Source of the DNA: Clostridia bacterium | GTDB lineage: Bacteria; Bacillota; Clostridia; Oscillospirales; CAG-272 | Direction of reading: 5' to 3' | Assembly: GCA_017556685.1 (NCBI GenBank) | Contig: JAFYMH010000018.1 | Span: 1-40,023 of the forward strand | Length of the DNA: 40,023 nt | Shown here: in pieces, positions 12,770-22,301 of the stretch | Position numbering within the stretch: the stretch's first letter is position 1 | Layout of the letters: every line of letters starts with the position of its first letter | Translations under genes and position numbers: made by a program | Notes under the pieces: model-generated | What the model saw: the letters and a program-made list of their open reading frames with translations, nothing else | What the model was told of the DNA's origin: nothing | Databases searched by the model: none

Positions 12770-14911
12770 ATGGAAAAGAAGCAGATCCGAATCGCCCTTG
12801 CCGGAAACCCGAACTCCGGAAAAACGACCCTTTTCAACGCCCTGACCGGCTCAAGTCAGTACGTCGGGAACTGGCCGGGCGTAACGGTTGAAAAAAAGGA
12901 GGGGCGGCTCCGCCGTCACCCGGACGTCGTCGTCACCGATCTGCCCGGTATCTACTCTCTGTCCCCCTACACGCCCGAGGAGATCGTCGCAAGACGCTAT
13001 CTCGTCGGGGAGCGCCCCGATGCGATCCTGAACATCGTGGACGGTACCAATCTTGAAAGAAACCTCTATCTGACGACCCAGCTGACCGAGCTCGGGATCC
13101 CCGTCGTCATCGTCATCAACATGATGGACGTCGTGCGCAAGCGCCGCGACGAGATCGACACCCTTAGGCTCTCCCGTGCGCTCGGTTGCCCGATCTTTGA
13201 GGCGTCGGCGCTCAAAAACGACGGCGTTTTCGAGGCGGCAGAGGCGGCGATCGAGGCGGCAAGGGGGGGCGCATCGCTTCCCTGCCACAACTTCCGAGGG
13301 GTCGTTGAGCACGCACTGGCACATATCGAGGAGGCCGCCGTACATCACCTGCCGCTTGAAAGACAGCGCTGGTACGCCATCAAGCTCTTTGAGCGCGACG
13401 AGCGGGTCTTGGGGGAGCTTGCCCTTTCCCCCGAGGTGCTTTCGCATCTTGAAGGGGATATCCGCTGTGCCGAGCGCGAATGTGATGACGACTCCGAGAG
13501 CATCATCACCAACGAGCGCTACGACTACATCGCCTCGGTTCTAAAGGACTGCTACAAAAAGCGGAGCACGATCGAAAGAACGGTCTCGGACAAGATCGAT
13601 CGCATCGTCACGAACCGCTTTGCCGCCATTCCGATTTTTGCGGCGATCATGTTCCTCGTTTACTACGTTTCGGTATCAACCCTCGGAACGATGGCAACCG
13701 ACTGGACAAATGACGTTCTCTTCGGGAAATGGATCCTGCCGAGCCTCTCGACGGCTCTTGACGCGATCGGATGCTGGCCGTGGCTGCGCTCGCTTATCGT
13801 CGACGGCATCGTCGGCGGCGTCGGCGCGGTGCTCGGCTTCGTGCCGCAGATGCTCATTCTCTTTGCCATGCTCGGCTTCCTTGAGGCGTCGGGCTATATG
13901 TCGCGCGTTGCCTTCGTGCTCGACCGCGTGTTCCGCCGCCTCGGACTGTCGGGAAAATCCTTTATCCCGATGCTCGTCGGCGTCGGCTGCAGCGTTCCGG
14001 GGATCATGGCAAGCCGCACCATTGAAAGCGAGCGCGACCGCCGCATGACGGTCATGACGACGAGCTTTATCCCCTGCGGAGCAAAGCTTCCTCTGATTGG
14101 TCTTGTCGCAGGCGTTGCCTTCGGGGGAGAGTCGGCGCTCGTTTCGACCGCCGCATACCTGATCGGCGTTGCCGCCGTTCTTTTCAGTGGCCTGATCCTG
14201 AAAAAGACAAAACGCTTTGAGGGGGATCCCGCGCCCTTTATCATGGAGCTTCCCTCCTATCATCTTCCGACGGCAAAGAACCTCCTTCTGACGACCTGGG
14301 AGAGGGGATGGTCGTTTATCAAAAAGGCGGGAACCGTCATTCTGCTTTCCACTGTCGTGCTCTGGTTCCTGCAAAGCTTCGGCTTTGAGGGAGGCTTCGG
14401 ATGGGTGGACGATGCAAGCCACTCGCTCCTTGCCTTGATCGGCAGACCCCTTGCCCTTCTCTTCATCCCGCTCGGCTTCGGCTTCTGGCAGGCGGCGGTC
14501 GCCTCTCTCACGGGACTGCTCGCCAAGGAAAACGTCGTTGCCACCTTCGGCGTTCTTTACGGAGCCGCCGAGGTCGCCGAAAACGGCGCCGAGATCTGGG
14601 GGGCGCTCGCCGGGGATTTCGGAAGCTCGGCAGCGGCTCTCTCCTTCCTCGTCTTCAACCTGCTCTGCGCGCCCTGCTTTGCGGCGATGGGTGCGATCCG
14701 CCGCGAGATGAACAGCGCCTCCTGGACCGCCTTTGCGATCGGCTATCAGTGCCTGCTTGCCTATGCGACGTCGCTCGTCGTCTATCAGCTCGGCACGCTT
14801 ATGACCTCGGGCTTTGCTCTCGTTCACCTCCCCGCTCTGATCGGCGCCGTCGCCGTCCTTGGCGTTGCCGTCTGGCTCCTCGTTCGCCGTCCCGAGCACA
14901 AGAAGGGGTGA
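12770..14911 (+). CDS. feoB: Ferrous iron transport protein B
   Basis: N-terminal G domain GNPNSGKTTLFNALTG and DLPGIYSL, followed by a polytopic membrane domain. 713 aa. Confidence 0.95.
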   Translation: MEKKQIRIALAGNPNSGKTTLFNALTGSSQYVGNWPGVTVEKKEGRLRRHPDVVVTDLPGIYSLSPYTPEEIVARRYLVGERPDAILNIVDGTNLERNLYLTTQLTELGIPVVIVINMMDVVRKRRDEIDTLRLSRALGCPIFEASALKNDGVFEAAEAAIEAARGGASLPCHNFRGVVEHALAHIEEAAVHHLPLERQRWYAIKLFERDERVLGELALSPEVLSHLEGDIRCAERECDDDSESIITNERYDYIASVLKDCYKKRSTIERTVSDKIDRIVTNRFAAIPIFAAIMFLVYYVSVSTLGTMATDWTNDVLFGKWILPSLSTALDAIGCWPWLRSLIVDGIVGGVGAVLGFVPQMLILFAMLGFLEASGYMSRVAFVLDRVFRRLGLSGKSFIPMLVGVGCSVPGIMASRTIESERDRRMTVMTTSFIPCGAKLPLIGLVAGVAFGGESALVSTAAYLIGVAAVLFSGLILKKTKRFEGDPAPFIMELPSYHLPTAKNLLLTTWERGWSFIKKAGTVILLSTVVLWFLQSFGFEGGFGWVDDASHSLLALIGRPLALLFIPLGFGFWQAAVASLTGLLAKENVVATFGVLYGAAEVAENGAEIWGALAGDFGSSAAALSFLVFNLLCAPCFAAMGAIRREMNSASWTAFAIGYQCLLAYATSLVVYQLGTLMTSGFALVHLPALIGAVAVLGVAVWLLVRRPEHKKG

Positions 14912-14915
14912 TCAA

Positions 14916-15092
14916 ATGGCGTTCTTGATCGAAAATCTCGGAAGCATTCTTCTCTGCCTCGCCCTTGCCGCGATCCTTTCGCTCGTTCTCGTTCGGCTCA
15001 TTCGGTGCCGCCGTTCGGGTGGATCCGGATGCGGTTGCGGATGCTCGGGCTGTGCCATGCGCGACAGCTGTCATGAGAAGAAGAAAAAATAA
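14916..15092 (+). CDS. FeoB-associated Cys-rich small membrane protein (58 aa)
   Basis: ATG at 14916, just after the feoB stop. One transmembrane helix followed by GGSGCGCGCSGCAMRDSC. The track ORF start at 14859 lies inside feoB. Confidence 0.7.
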   Translation: MAFLIENLGSILLCLALAAILSLVLVRLIRCRRSGGSGCGCGCSGCAMRDSCHEKKKK

Positions 15093-15098
15093 TCCCCC

Positions 15099-15134
15099 GA
15101 AAGGAAAGCTCCCGTTATCGGGAGCTTTCCTTTC
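15099..15134 (+). terminator. Hairpin terminator after the feo operon
   Basis: Perfect 16-bp stem GAAAGGAAAGCTCCCG-TTAT-CGGGAGCTTTCCTTTC. It has only a short T-rich tail. Confidence 0.6.
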
Positions 15135-15141
15135 TATCCCC

Positions 15142-15170
15142 TTGACATTTCGGGGCCTTTCGCATATAAT
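15142..15170 (+). promoter_or_regulatory. Consensus sigma-A promoter for the MgtC-family gene
   Basis: TTGACA (15142-15147), 17-nt spacer, TATAAT (15165-15170). Confidence 0.75.
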
Positions 15171-15198
15171 AAGAAAATCATAGTTAAAGGAGACTGTC

Positions 15199-15933
15199 AT
15201 GCCGCATCTTTTGGGCGCACCCCTTTCGATTTCGTTTTCCGATCTTTCAAGCTATCTGGCAGAGCTGAATCTCGTCACGATCCTGCTCCGCCTGTTTCTT
15301 GCCACCGTCTGTGCGGGCGTGCTCGGCATCGAGCGGCAAAGGAAAAGCCGCCCCGCGGGTCTTCGAACCCATATCATCGTCTGCCTTGGCTCGGCGCTGG
15401 TCATGATGATCAGTCAATTCCTTTCGGATCAGGGGGTGACGACCGACGCCGCGCGTCTTGGCGCGCAGGTCATCTCGGGCATCGGCTTTCTCGGCGCGGG
15501 AACCATCATTCTGACCGGCAGGCACGGCAAGCCCCACGTCACGGGACTGACGACGGCGGCGTCGCTTTGGACCAGCGCCTGCATGGGTCTTGCCATCGGA
15601 TGCGGCTTCTATGCGGGAGCGCTCGCAACCTGCCTGTTCGTTCTCTTCGCCGCAACGACCCTTAACCGCATCGACAAGCATTTTTACGCAAAAACTCCCG
15701 TGATCGATCTTCAGCTTGAGATCAAGGAGGCGGCAGACCTTGCGGCGATCTGTGCGCATCTTGAGGGATGCGGCGCCGAGATCAAGGATCTTCAGCTTCA
15801 AAAGCGAAGCGAGTACGGCGAGGTGCACGTCTATGCGGCGATTGAATTGCGCCTGCAAAGTGCCAAAGAAAAGCCCGCTTTGATCGTCGGTCTCTCGGCT
15901 CTGCCCGAAATCGTCGGCATCGAGGAAATCTGA
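15199..15933 (+). CDS. MgtC/SapB-family membrane protein
   Basis: LRLFLATVCAGVLGIERQ...GLRTHIIVCLGSAL...GAQVISGIGFLGAGTI, plus a C-terminal ACT-like domain. Confidence 0.85.
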   Translation: MPHLLGAPLSISFSDLSSYLAELNLVTILLRLFLATVCAGVLGIERQRKSRPAGLRTHIIVCLGSALVMMISQFLSDQGVTTDAARLGAQVISGIGFLGAGTIILTGRHGKPHVTGLTTAASLWTSACMGLAIGCGFYAGALATCLFVLFAATTLNRIDKHFYAKTPVIDLQLEIKEAADLAAICAHLEGCGAEIKDLQLQKRSEYGEVHVYAAIELRLQSAKEKPALIVGLSALPEIVGIEEI

Positions 15934-15945
15934 GCAACGAAGAAA

Positions 15946-15986
15946 GCCGTCGCAAATGCAAGATACGCATTTGCGGCGGCTTTTTT
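15946..15986 (+). terminator. Rho-independent terminator
   Basis: GCCGTCGCAAATGC pairs with GCATTTGCGGCGGC, followed by T6. Confidence 0.8.
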
Positions 15987-16029
15987 AGTGCTGTTTTTTT
16001 AGGCCTCCTCAAGGAAGCCCCGGGGAAGC

Positions 16030-16464
16030 TTATCTGCCAAAGCGCTCAAGGAGAAGATCGATCGCCTCAAGATAGCCGGAAAATCCATGCCCCGAGATCG
16101 TCGAAACGCAAGCCGAGCGCACGTAGGAGATCTGTCGGAACTCCTCCCTTGCCGAAACGTCCGAGATATGCACCTCGACCGTCGGGATCCCGATCGCCTT
16201 GACGGCGTCGGCGATGGCAATGCTCGTGTGGGTATAGGCGGCAGGGTTAAAAACGATGCCGTCGTACTCCCCGATCGCGCCGTGCAGGGCGTCGATCAAA
16301 GCCCCCTCGTGGTTGCTCTGAAAGACCGAATGGGATATGCCGAGCGCCTCGCAATGCCGCGCGATCCTCTCGCACAGATCTGCATAGCTCTCGGTTCCGT
16401 AGATCCCCGGCTCGCGCATACCGAGCAGGTTAAGGTTTGGTCCGTTTAATATCAGGATGCGCAT
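16030..16464 (-). CDS. aroQ: Type II 3-dehydroquinate dehydratase
   Basis: MRILILNGPNLNLLGMREPGIYG...HISDVSAREEFR. ATG at 16464 with GGAGG upstream. It overlaps the aroE/aroK stop by 35 nt. Confidence 0.9.
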   Translation of the reverse strand: MRILILNGPNLNLLGMREPGIYGTESYADLCERIARHCEALGISHSVFQSNHEGALIDALHGAIGEYDGIVFNPAAYTHTSIAIADAVKAIGIPTVEVHISDVSAREEFRQISYVRSACVSTISGHGFSGYLEAIDLLLERFGR

Positions 16465-17674
16465 AGAAATCCTCCAAAATCGCCTCGGCACAGTCAAGCG
16501 GCGTGCCGTTGTTTTCGATTGTCAAGTCGGAAAAGGAAAGATATTGCCCAAGCCGTGCGCGGTACATCCTTCGAAGATCGGCACCAACCGAAAGCGGTCG
16601 GTCCTCCCGCGAGAGCCGCTCCAGCTCCCGCAAAAGGAAATAGACCTTTCCGTTCTGCACGAGCGGATAGCGGTTTCCCCCGTCAAGCACGGCACCCCCG
16701 CCGGTTGCGATGATCACCCCGGGCTCCCGTCCCGCCAGAGCGACTGCCTCGCTCTCAAGCCGACGGAATGACACCTCGCCCTCTTCTCTGATGATCTCGG
16801 CAGGGGGTTTCCCCGCCATTTCCCAAACGATGGCGTCGGTATCCAAAAGGCGCCGACCCGTCCTCTCGGCAAGGAGCTCGGCTATCGTCGTTTTTCCCGA
16901 GCCCGGCATCCCGACGAGAACGATGCTCTGCCGATCGCGCAAAAGACCGCCGAAAATCCCCTCGATCGTCTCTTCCGAAACGGGGGTACCGGTAAAGATC
17001 GAGGCGGAAACCGCCGCCTGCGCCACCAGCATGGCAAGACCTCCCGAGGCGGGAATCCGCCTTCGCTCGGCAGAGTCGACAAGTCGGGTGCGAAGGGGGT
17101 TATAGATCACGTCAAGCACGCCCTTAAGACGGGGAAAGCGCGACAGATCGACCAGACTCTCGCCGTTACTTGGGTACATCCCGACGGGGGTTGCGTTGAC
17201 GATCACCTCGCTGTCGTAGTGCCGCGAAAGTGTCTCGTAGCTGCTTTCGCCTCTGCGCGACAAAACGACGATCTCGCGTGCGCCCGCATCGCGAGCGACC
17301 GTCTGCACGGTGAGCGAGGTTCCGCCGCTGCCGAGGATCAGAACCTTGCGCCCCGAAAAGGAGACCCCCGCACGGTGCGCCATCCAAAGGAAGCCCGCGT
17401 AATCGGTGTTATGCCCGATGAGCTTTCCCCCTCGGTTTTCCACCGTGTTGACGCTTCCGATCCGACGCGCCGTCTCGTCGAGCCCGTCAAGATACGGAAT
17501 GACCGCCGTTTTGTAGGGGATGGTGACGTTCAGCCCCTCAAAGGCGCGCGACGAAAGGAAGTCCCCAAGCTTTGACGGGGCAACCTCCTTAAGCTCGTAA
17601 CCGTAACGCCCGATCAGGCGGTGGATCTCGGGCGAGCAGCTATGCCGAAGGCTCTCTCCAATCAGATAATACAT
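16430..17674 (-). CDS. aroE/aroK: Fused shikimate dehydrogenase / shikimate kinase
   Basis: N-terminal AroE features are SCSPEIH, NVTIPYK and GSGGTS. The C-terminal kinase has Walker A GMPGSGKTT followed by LLDTD and ATGGG. Confidence 0.85.
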   Translation of the reverse strand: MYYLIGESLRHSCSPEIHRLIGRYGYELKEVAPSKLGDFLSSRAFEGLNVTIPYKTAVIPYLDGLDETARRIGSVNTVENRGGKLIGHNTDYAGFLWMAHRAGVSFSGRKVLILGSGGTSLTVQTVARDAGAREIVVLSRRGESSYETLSRHYDSEVIVNATPVGMYPSNGESLVDLSRFPRLKGVLDVIYNPLRTRLVDSAERRRIPASGGLAMLVAQAAVSASIFTGTPVSEETIEGIFGGLLRDRQSIVLVGMPGSGKTTIAELLAERTGRRLLDTDAIVWEMAGKPPAEIIREEGEVSFRRLESEAVALAGREPGVIIATGGGAVLDGGNRYPLVQNGKVYFLLRELERLSREDRPLSVGADLRRMYRARLGQYLSFSDLTIENNGTPLDCAEAILEDFYAHPDIKRTKP

Positions 17675-17683
17675 CGGCGCACC

Positions 17684-18820
17684 TCAAAGCTCGGCATAGC
17701 AGCCGAGATACTCAACGTCCCCGATCGACGCCTCAAGATCGTCAAGGACCGACGCCGCCGCCTCACGGCTCGGCGCCTCGAAATCGAGATAGAAGCGCAC
17801 CTCAAAATCGCTTCCGACGATGGGTCGGGATTCGATCTTCAGAAGATTGCATCCGCCGATCGCAAGCTTTGAGATGACGGCGTAAAGCGATCCCGGCGTA
17901 TGCACAAGCGTCAGGATCAGAGAGATCCTTGAAGCGCCCCCATAGATCGCGCCGTCCTTGGCGATACAGATAAAGCGCGTGAAGTTTCCGTCGCTGTTCT
18001 GAATCTGCGCCGAGATCCCGGAAAGCCCGTAAAGCGAGGCGCAGGCGGCAGAGGCGATGACCGCAACGTCGCGGCGCCCCTGCACGGCAAGCTCGCTTGC
18101 GGCAAGCGCGGTATTTTCTGCACAAACGACTCGGATCTCGGGATGTGCCTCGAGAAAGCGGCTGCACTGACCGAGCGCCTGGGGATGCGAGCGAACCTCG
18201 CGGATCTCCCCAAGCCCCACCCCGGGGAGCGCAAGAAGCGCATGGTCGATCTTCAGCTTCAGAGAGCGGACGATCGAGATCCGATGCGACTGCATGAGAT
18301 CGAGCACCGCGCCGACCGAGCCGTGCGTGCTGTTTTCGATCGGAAGCACGCCGTAGTCGCAAAGCCCGCTCTCGACCGCAGAGAAAACGCCCTCAAAGCT
18401 CTTGAAATAGACGATATGCTGCTCTCCGAACAGGCGGTCGCAGGCGATCTGCGAATACGCGCCCTCGCTCCCCTGGCAGGCGACCCGTCCGCCTCTCGGA
18501 AACTCTGAGGCGGCCCTTTCCTGCGACTCGAGGTACTTTCTTGAAAGAGCGCCCTTCGGCGCGACAAGGCGCGACTGATAGGCGCGGCTGATCTCCATCA
18601 TCGAGGCAAAGAAGCTCCGCGCGTAGGCGCTAAACTCGCTCGGCGCGCGCTCGGAGATCTCGGCTAAGATCTCTCGCTCGCGTCGGGGGTCAAGCACGGG
18701 AAGACCGTTTTCTTTTTTATAGGCGGCGATCTCCCCCGCCAGGCGCATCCTCTCGCAGAAGAGCTCGCTCATTTCCCGATTGATGCGATCAATGCCCTCT
18801 CGACATTCCTCAAGCCTCAT
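17684..18820 (-). CDS. pheA: Bifunctional chorismate mutase / prephenate dehydratase with a C-terminal ACT domain
   Basis: The N-terminal chorismate mutase helices are IDRINREMSELFCERMRLAGEIAAYKKENGLPVLDPRRE. The prephenate dehydratase region has VACQGSEGAYS and ENSTHGSV. The tail is ACT-like. Confidence 0.9.
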   Translation of the reverse strand: MRLEECREGIDRINREMSELFCERMRLAGEIAAYKKENGLPVLDPRREREILAEISERAPSEFSAYARSFFASMMEISRAYQSRLVAPKGALSRKYLESQERAASEFPRGGRVACQGSEGAYSQIACDRLFGEQHIVYFKSFEGVFSAVESGLCDYGVLPIENSTHGSVGAVLDLMQSHRISIVRSLKLKIDHALLALPGVGLGEIREVRSHPQALGQCSRFLEAHPEIRVVCAENTALAASELAVQGRRDVAVIASAACASLYGLSGISAQIQNSDGNFTRFICIAKDGAIYGGASRISLILTLVHTPGSLYAVISKLAIGGCNLLKIESRPIVGSDFEVRFYLDFEAPSREAAASVLDDLEASIGDVEYLGCYAEL

Positions 18821-19905
18821 TTGCCGTCCTCCTCGGTTTCCAAAATTGCCTCGAGCAAAACGATCGAGGCGATCGCCTCGACGCAGGGGACCGCGCGAAG
18901 GGCGATGCAGGGATCGTGCCTGCCGCCGACCTTGACCGTCGTTTCCTTTTTATCGGAAAGAGAGACCGTTCTCTGCTCGCGCGCGATAGACGCCGTCGGC
19001 TTCATGGCAACGCGGAACAGGATCGGCATTCCGTTTGAGATCCCACCGACGATGCCGCCCGCATGATTGGTCTCGGTTGCAATCTCGCCGTCTCGGATGC
19101 AATAGGGATCGTTGTGCTCCGAGCCGCGCATGGCACAGGCGGAAAAGCCCTCTCCAAACTCGATGCCGCGAACACCGCCGAGCACGAAGATCGCCCCTGC
19201 AAGCAGGTTTTCAAGCCCCCGTCCGAGCGGAGAGCCGATCCCTGCGGGAAGCCCGATCGCGCCGCATTCGATGATCCCGCCGACCGAATCTCCCGACTCG
19301 GCGGCAGAGCGGATCTCGCGCCGCATCTCCTCGCCCTTTCGGTCGTCAAGGGTCGGAAAGTCCTTTTTCCCGGGGGAAAGCAGCTCGTCCTTCGTCAGGA
19401 AAACGGGGGAAAATCTGCCTTCGGAGACACCCCCGACCGCCTCAAGATGCGCACCGACCGAGATCCCGCGAAGCGAAAGCGCCTGCCTTGCAAGCTCACC
19501 GATCGCAACGAGGGGCGCGGTCAGACGCGCCGAGAAATGTCCTCCGCCCCGAAGATCGATCCCGCTTCCGTAGCGCATCTGCGCCGTATAATCGGCGTGC
19601 GAGGGACGGGGGGTATCGCAAAAGCCGTAATCCCCCGATCGCATATTTTGATTTAAGATCCGCACCGTGATCGGCTCGCCCGTGGTGACGCCGTCCGAGA
19701 TGCCCGACAGAAAGAGCGGCTCGTCGCTCTCGCGGCGAGGGGTTGCAAGCGCGCCTCCGCCCCGACGGCGGTCCATTGTGCGCGAAAGCGCGTCAAAATC
19801 CACCGAAATCCCCCGAGGGAAGCCGACAAGGGTTGCCTCAACGTACTCACCGTGCGACTCGCCGACAAGCGAAACCGAAAGGCGCTCTCCAAATTCAGAT
19901 CTCAT
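18817..19905 (-). CDS. aroC: Chorismate synthase
   Basis: GESHG near the N-terminus, then RPSHADY and GGGHFSARLTA. Confidence 0.9.
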   Translation of the reverse strand: MRSEFGERLSVSLVGESHGEYVEATLVGFPRGISVDFDALSRTMDRRRGGGALATPRRESDEPLFLSGISDGVTTGEPITVRILNQNMRSGDYGFCDTPRPSHADYTAQMRYGSGIDLRGGGHFSARLTAPLVAIGELARQALSLRGISVGAHLEAVGGVSEGRFSPVFLTKDELLSPGKKDFPTLDDRKGEEMRREIRSAAESGDSVGGIIECGAIGLPAGIGSPLGRGLENLLAGAIFVLGGVRGIEFGEGFSACAMRGSEHNDPYCIRDGEIATETNHAGGIVGGISNGMPILFRVAMKPTASIAREQRTVSLSDKKETTVKVGGRHDPCIALRAVPCVEAIASIVLLEAILETEEDGK

Positions 19906-21157
19906 AGGACTCTCCCTTCAGGCTTGCAAAATCGTCAAAAAAGGCGGGATAGGATTTGGATACGGCATCGGCTCCGCAGATGATCACATCGCCCCCACAA
20001 AGCGAGCGCGCGACCGCCCCTGCCATGACGATCCGATGATCTCCCGCGCCGTCGATCACGCCGCCCGAAAGCCGTCTTCCGCCGAGAACCGTCATGCCAT
20101 CCTCGGTTGCAAAGGCGCTTGCGCCAAGGGCTCTGAGCATCGCCTCGGTCGAGGCGATGCGGTCGCTCTCCTTATAGCGGAGACGGGCGCCTCCAAAGAG
20201 ATGGCTTTCGCCCTCACACGCCGCCGCAAGCACGCAAAGGATCGGAAAAAGGTCGGGGCATCCCGATACGTCAAAATCAAAGGCGGACAGTCTCTCGGGG
20301 GCAGTGACCCTGACCGTTCGGTTTTCAAGGCGGGGCGCTACGCCTGCAAGCCGAAGCGCGTCGAGCACGGCACGGTCTGCCTGCAGGCTCTCTTCGGACA
20401 GCCCCGAAACCGAGACGTCTCCCCCGATCGCGCCCGAAACAAGGTGAAAGGCGGCGTTCGACCAATCCCCCTCGACGGTGTAGCATCCGGGCGAGCGGTA
20501 GGCCGAGCCGGGAACAAGGCGGTACTCCCTTTCTCCCACGTCAAAGGTAACGCCGAATGCCGAGAGCACCGAGCGCGTTACGTCAACGTACGCGGCACTC
20601 TCAAGAGGGGTCGTTAGGGCAAGCGACGCCTCTCCTTTAAGGAGGGGCATGGCAAGCAAAAGCCCCGTCACGAACTGCGAGCTGATATTCCCGGAAAGCT
20701 CAAAGCGCCCTGCGCGAAGCCCCGCCCCAACGCGAAGCGGAAGCTCCGAGCCGACGATCTTGGCGCCGTGCTCCTCGAGCTGAAGGGCGAGGGGCGCGAT
20801 CGGTCTTTTCCCGAGCCGTCCTCTGCCAAGGAAGGTTGCATCGACCCCCATTGCCGCCGCAACCGGAAGCAGAAAGCGCAAGGTCGAGCCGCTCTCCCCG
20901 ACGTCAAGCGTTGCCCTTTCGGGCTTTTGTGCATACCGTACGGTACAGCCCCCCGGGGTCATTTGAATCTCTGTGCCAAGCGCCGAAAGGGAGGATACGG
21001 TTGCCAGGATATCCTCCGAAAGGCCGCGAAAGAGGATCTCGGTCTGCCCCTCGCAAAGAGAGGCCGCAATCAGGGCTCGGTGCAGCTCGCTTTTCGAGGC
21101 GATGGCACCGACCTCTCCGCACTTGGCGGAGGAAACGATGCGGCGCGTAAGGGACAT
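19895..21157 (-). CDS. aroA: 3-phosphoshikimate 1-carboxyvinyltransferase (EPSP synthase)
   Basis: 420 aa with SKSELHRALIAASL, GESGSTLRFLLP, RYKESDRI and DHRIVMA. Confidence 0.92.
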   Translation of the reverse strand: MSLTRRIVSSAKCGEVGAIASKSELHRALIAASLCEGQTEILFRGLSEDILATVSSLSALGTEIQMTPGGCTVRYAQKPERATLDVGESGSTLRFLLPVAAAMGVDATFLGRGRLGKRPIAPLALQLEEHGAKIVGSELPLRVGAGLRAGRFELSGNISSQFVTGLLLAMPLLKGEASLALTTPLESAAYVDVTRSVLSAFGVTFDVGEREYRLVPGSAYRSPGCYTVEGDWSNAAFHLVSGAIGGDVSVSGLSEESLQADRAVLDALRLAGVAPRLENRTVRVTAPERLSAFDFDVSGCPDLFPILCVLAAACEGESHLFGGARLRYKESDRIASTEAMLRALGASAFATEDGMTVLGGRRLSGGVIDGAGDHRIVMAGAVARSLCGGDVIICGADAVSKSYPAFFDDFASLKGESYEI

Positions 21158-21191
21158 ACGGCTCTCCTTTCGTATCTCTTAAAAATCGGGG

Positions 21192-22229
21192 TCAGATCTG
21201 AAAATATTTTGACAGATCCGACATCGGAACGCGCTCGGCGCAACATTCGCCAAGGCGCTTTGGCAAAATGAGCGTGATCTCGTCGCCCGCGCGCTTTTTA
21301 TCGCTCCGCATGGCAGAGATAAGCTCCTCGGTGGTTGCAATAACGGCATTCGGAAGCCCTCTGTAGGTGATGCACCCGATGAGATCGTCAAGGAAGTTCT
21401 CCCGACAGTAGCCCATGCGAAGCGCACCGCGCGTGGCAACGATCATGCCAACGGCAACCGCCTGCCCGTGCGTAAACTCATGCTCGGTCAGCTTCTCGAT
21501 CGCATGCCCGACGGTATGCCCGAAGTTGAGCAGGGCTCTGACCCCCTCGTCGCGCTCGTCGGCCGAAACGACGTCGCCCTTGATGGTAAGTGCGCGGCGG
21601 ATGACCTCCTCAATATCGTGGTCGGCATAAAGCATCTCAAACAGCCCTCGGTCAAAGGCAACGCCGTACTTGATCGCCTCCGCCATGCCGTCGGCGTACT
21701 GCTCCTCGGTAAGGGTCGCAAACACGCTTGGGTCGCAGAGCGCGAGCGACGGTTGCCAGAAGGCGCCGATCTGATTCTTATAGCCCATGAGATTTACGCC
21801 GGTCTTTCCGCCGACAGACGAGTCGAGAGCGGCAAGCAGCGTTGTCGGGATCTGCACGAAGCGTATGCCCCGAAGATAGGTCGCGGCGGCAAAGCCCGCA
21901 ACGTCCCCCGTGATCCCGCCTCCGAGCGCAACGATAAGATCAGAGCGCGTGATCTCCCCCTCGAGCATGGCTCTCTGCAGGCAAGCGACCGTCTCGAGGG
22001 TCTTGTTTTCCTCTCCCCCCGGGAAGGTCAGACGAAGCACGCGGTGCCCCGCCGAGCGTAGCGAATGCTCCACGCGCTCGCCGTAAAGTCGGTCAACCGT
22101 TTCGTCCGAAATCAGAGCGATCCGAAGGACTCCGAGCCCCCGCCCGATCAGAGCACCGACCGAGTCGAGAAGCCCTCGCTCGATCAGAACGTCATAGGGT
22201 GCCTTGGTATGGATATGCACGTGCTTCAT
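21192..22229 (-). CDS. aroB: 3-dehydroquinate synthase
   Basis: GGGITGDVAGFAAATYLRGIRFVQIPTTLLA and NFGHTVGHAIE. Confidence 0.92.
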   Translation of the reverse strand: MKHVHIHTKAPYDVLIERGLLDSVGALIGRGLGVLRIALISDETVDRLYGERVEHSLRSAGHRVLRLTFPGGEENKTLETVACLQRAMLEGEITRSDLIVALGGGITGDVAGFAAATYLRGIRFVQIPTTLLAALDSSVGGKTGVNLMGYKNQIGAFWQPSLALCDPSVFATLTEEQYADGMAEAIKYGVAFDRGLFEMLYADHDIEEVIRRALTIKGDVVSADERDEGVRALLNFGHTVGHAIEKLTEHEFTHGQAVAVGMIVATRGALRMGYCRENFLDDLIGCITYRGLPNAVIATTEELISAMRSDKKRAGDEITLILPKRLGECCAERVPMSDLSKYFQI

Positions 22230-22272
22230 TTCGGTCCTCCGCCGCTCGTTTTTTCTACATTATATTATACGT

Positions 22273-22301
22273 ATTATACCCTGATTTTCGGGGGATGTCA
22301 A
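22273..22301 (-). promoter_or_regulatory. Internal consensus promoter in front of aroB
   Basis: On the minus strand: TTGACA (22301-22296, containing the tyrA TGA stop), 17-nt spacer, TATAAT (22278-22273). Confidence 0.6.

Noticed and set aside
13676-14899. A 407-aa minus-strand ORF antisense to feoB, plus many 60-200-aa ORFs antisense to the aro, his and spoIIE genes. Examples are 36362..37366 (+), 38456..39970 (+), 19667..20617 (+), 26916..27629 (+) and 29046..29885 (+).
   Set aside because: Same reasoning. The opposite strand carries unmistakable conserved proteins, and the antisense translations are compositionally biased with no start signals.
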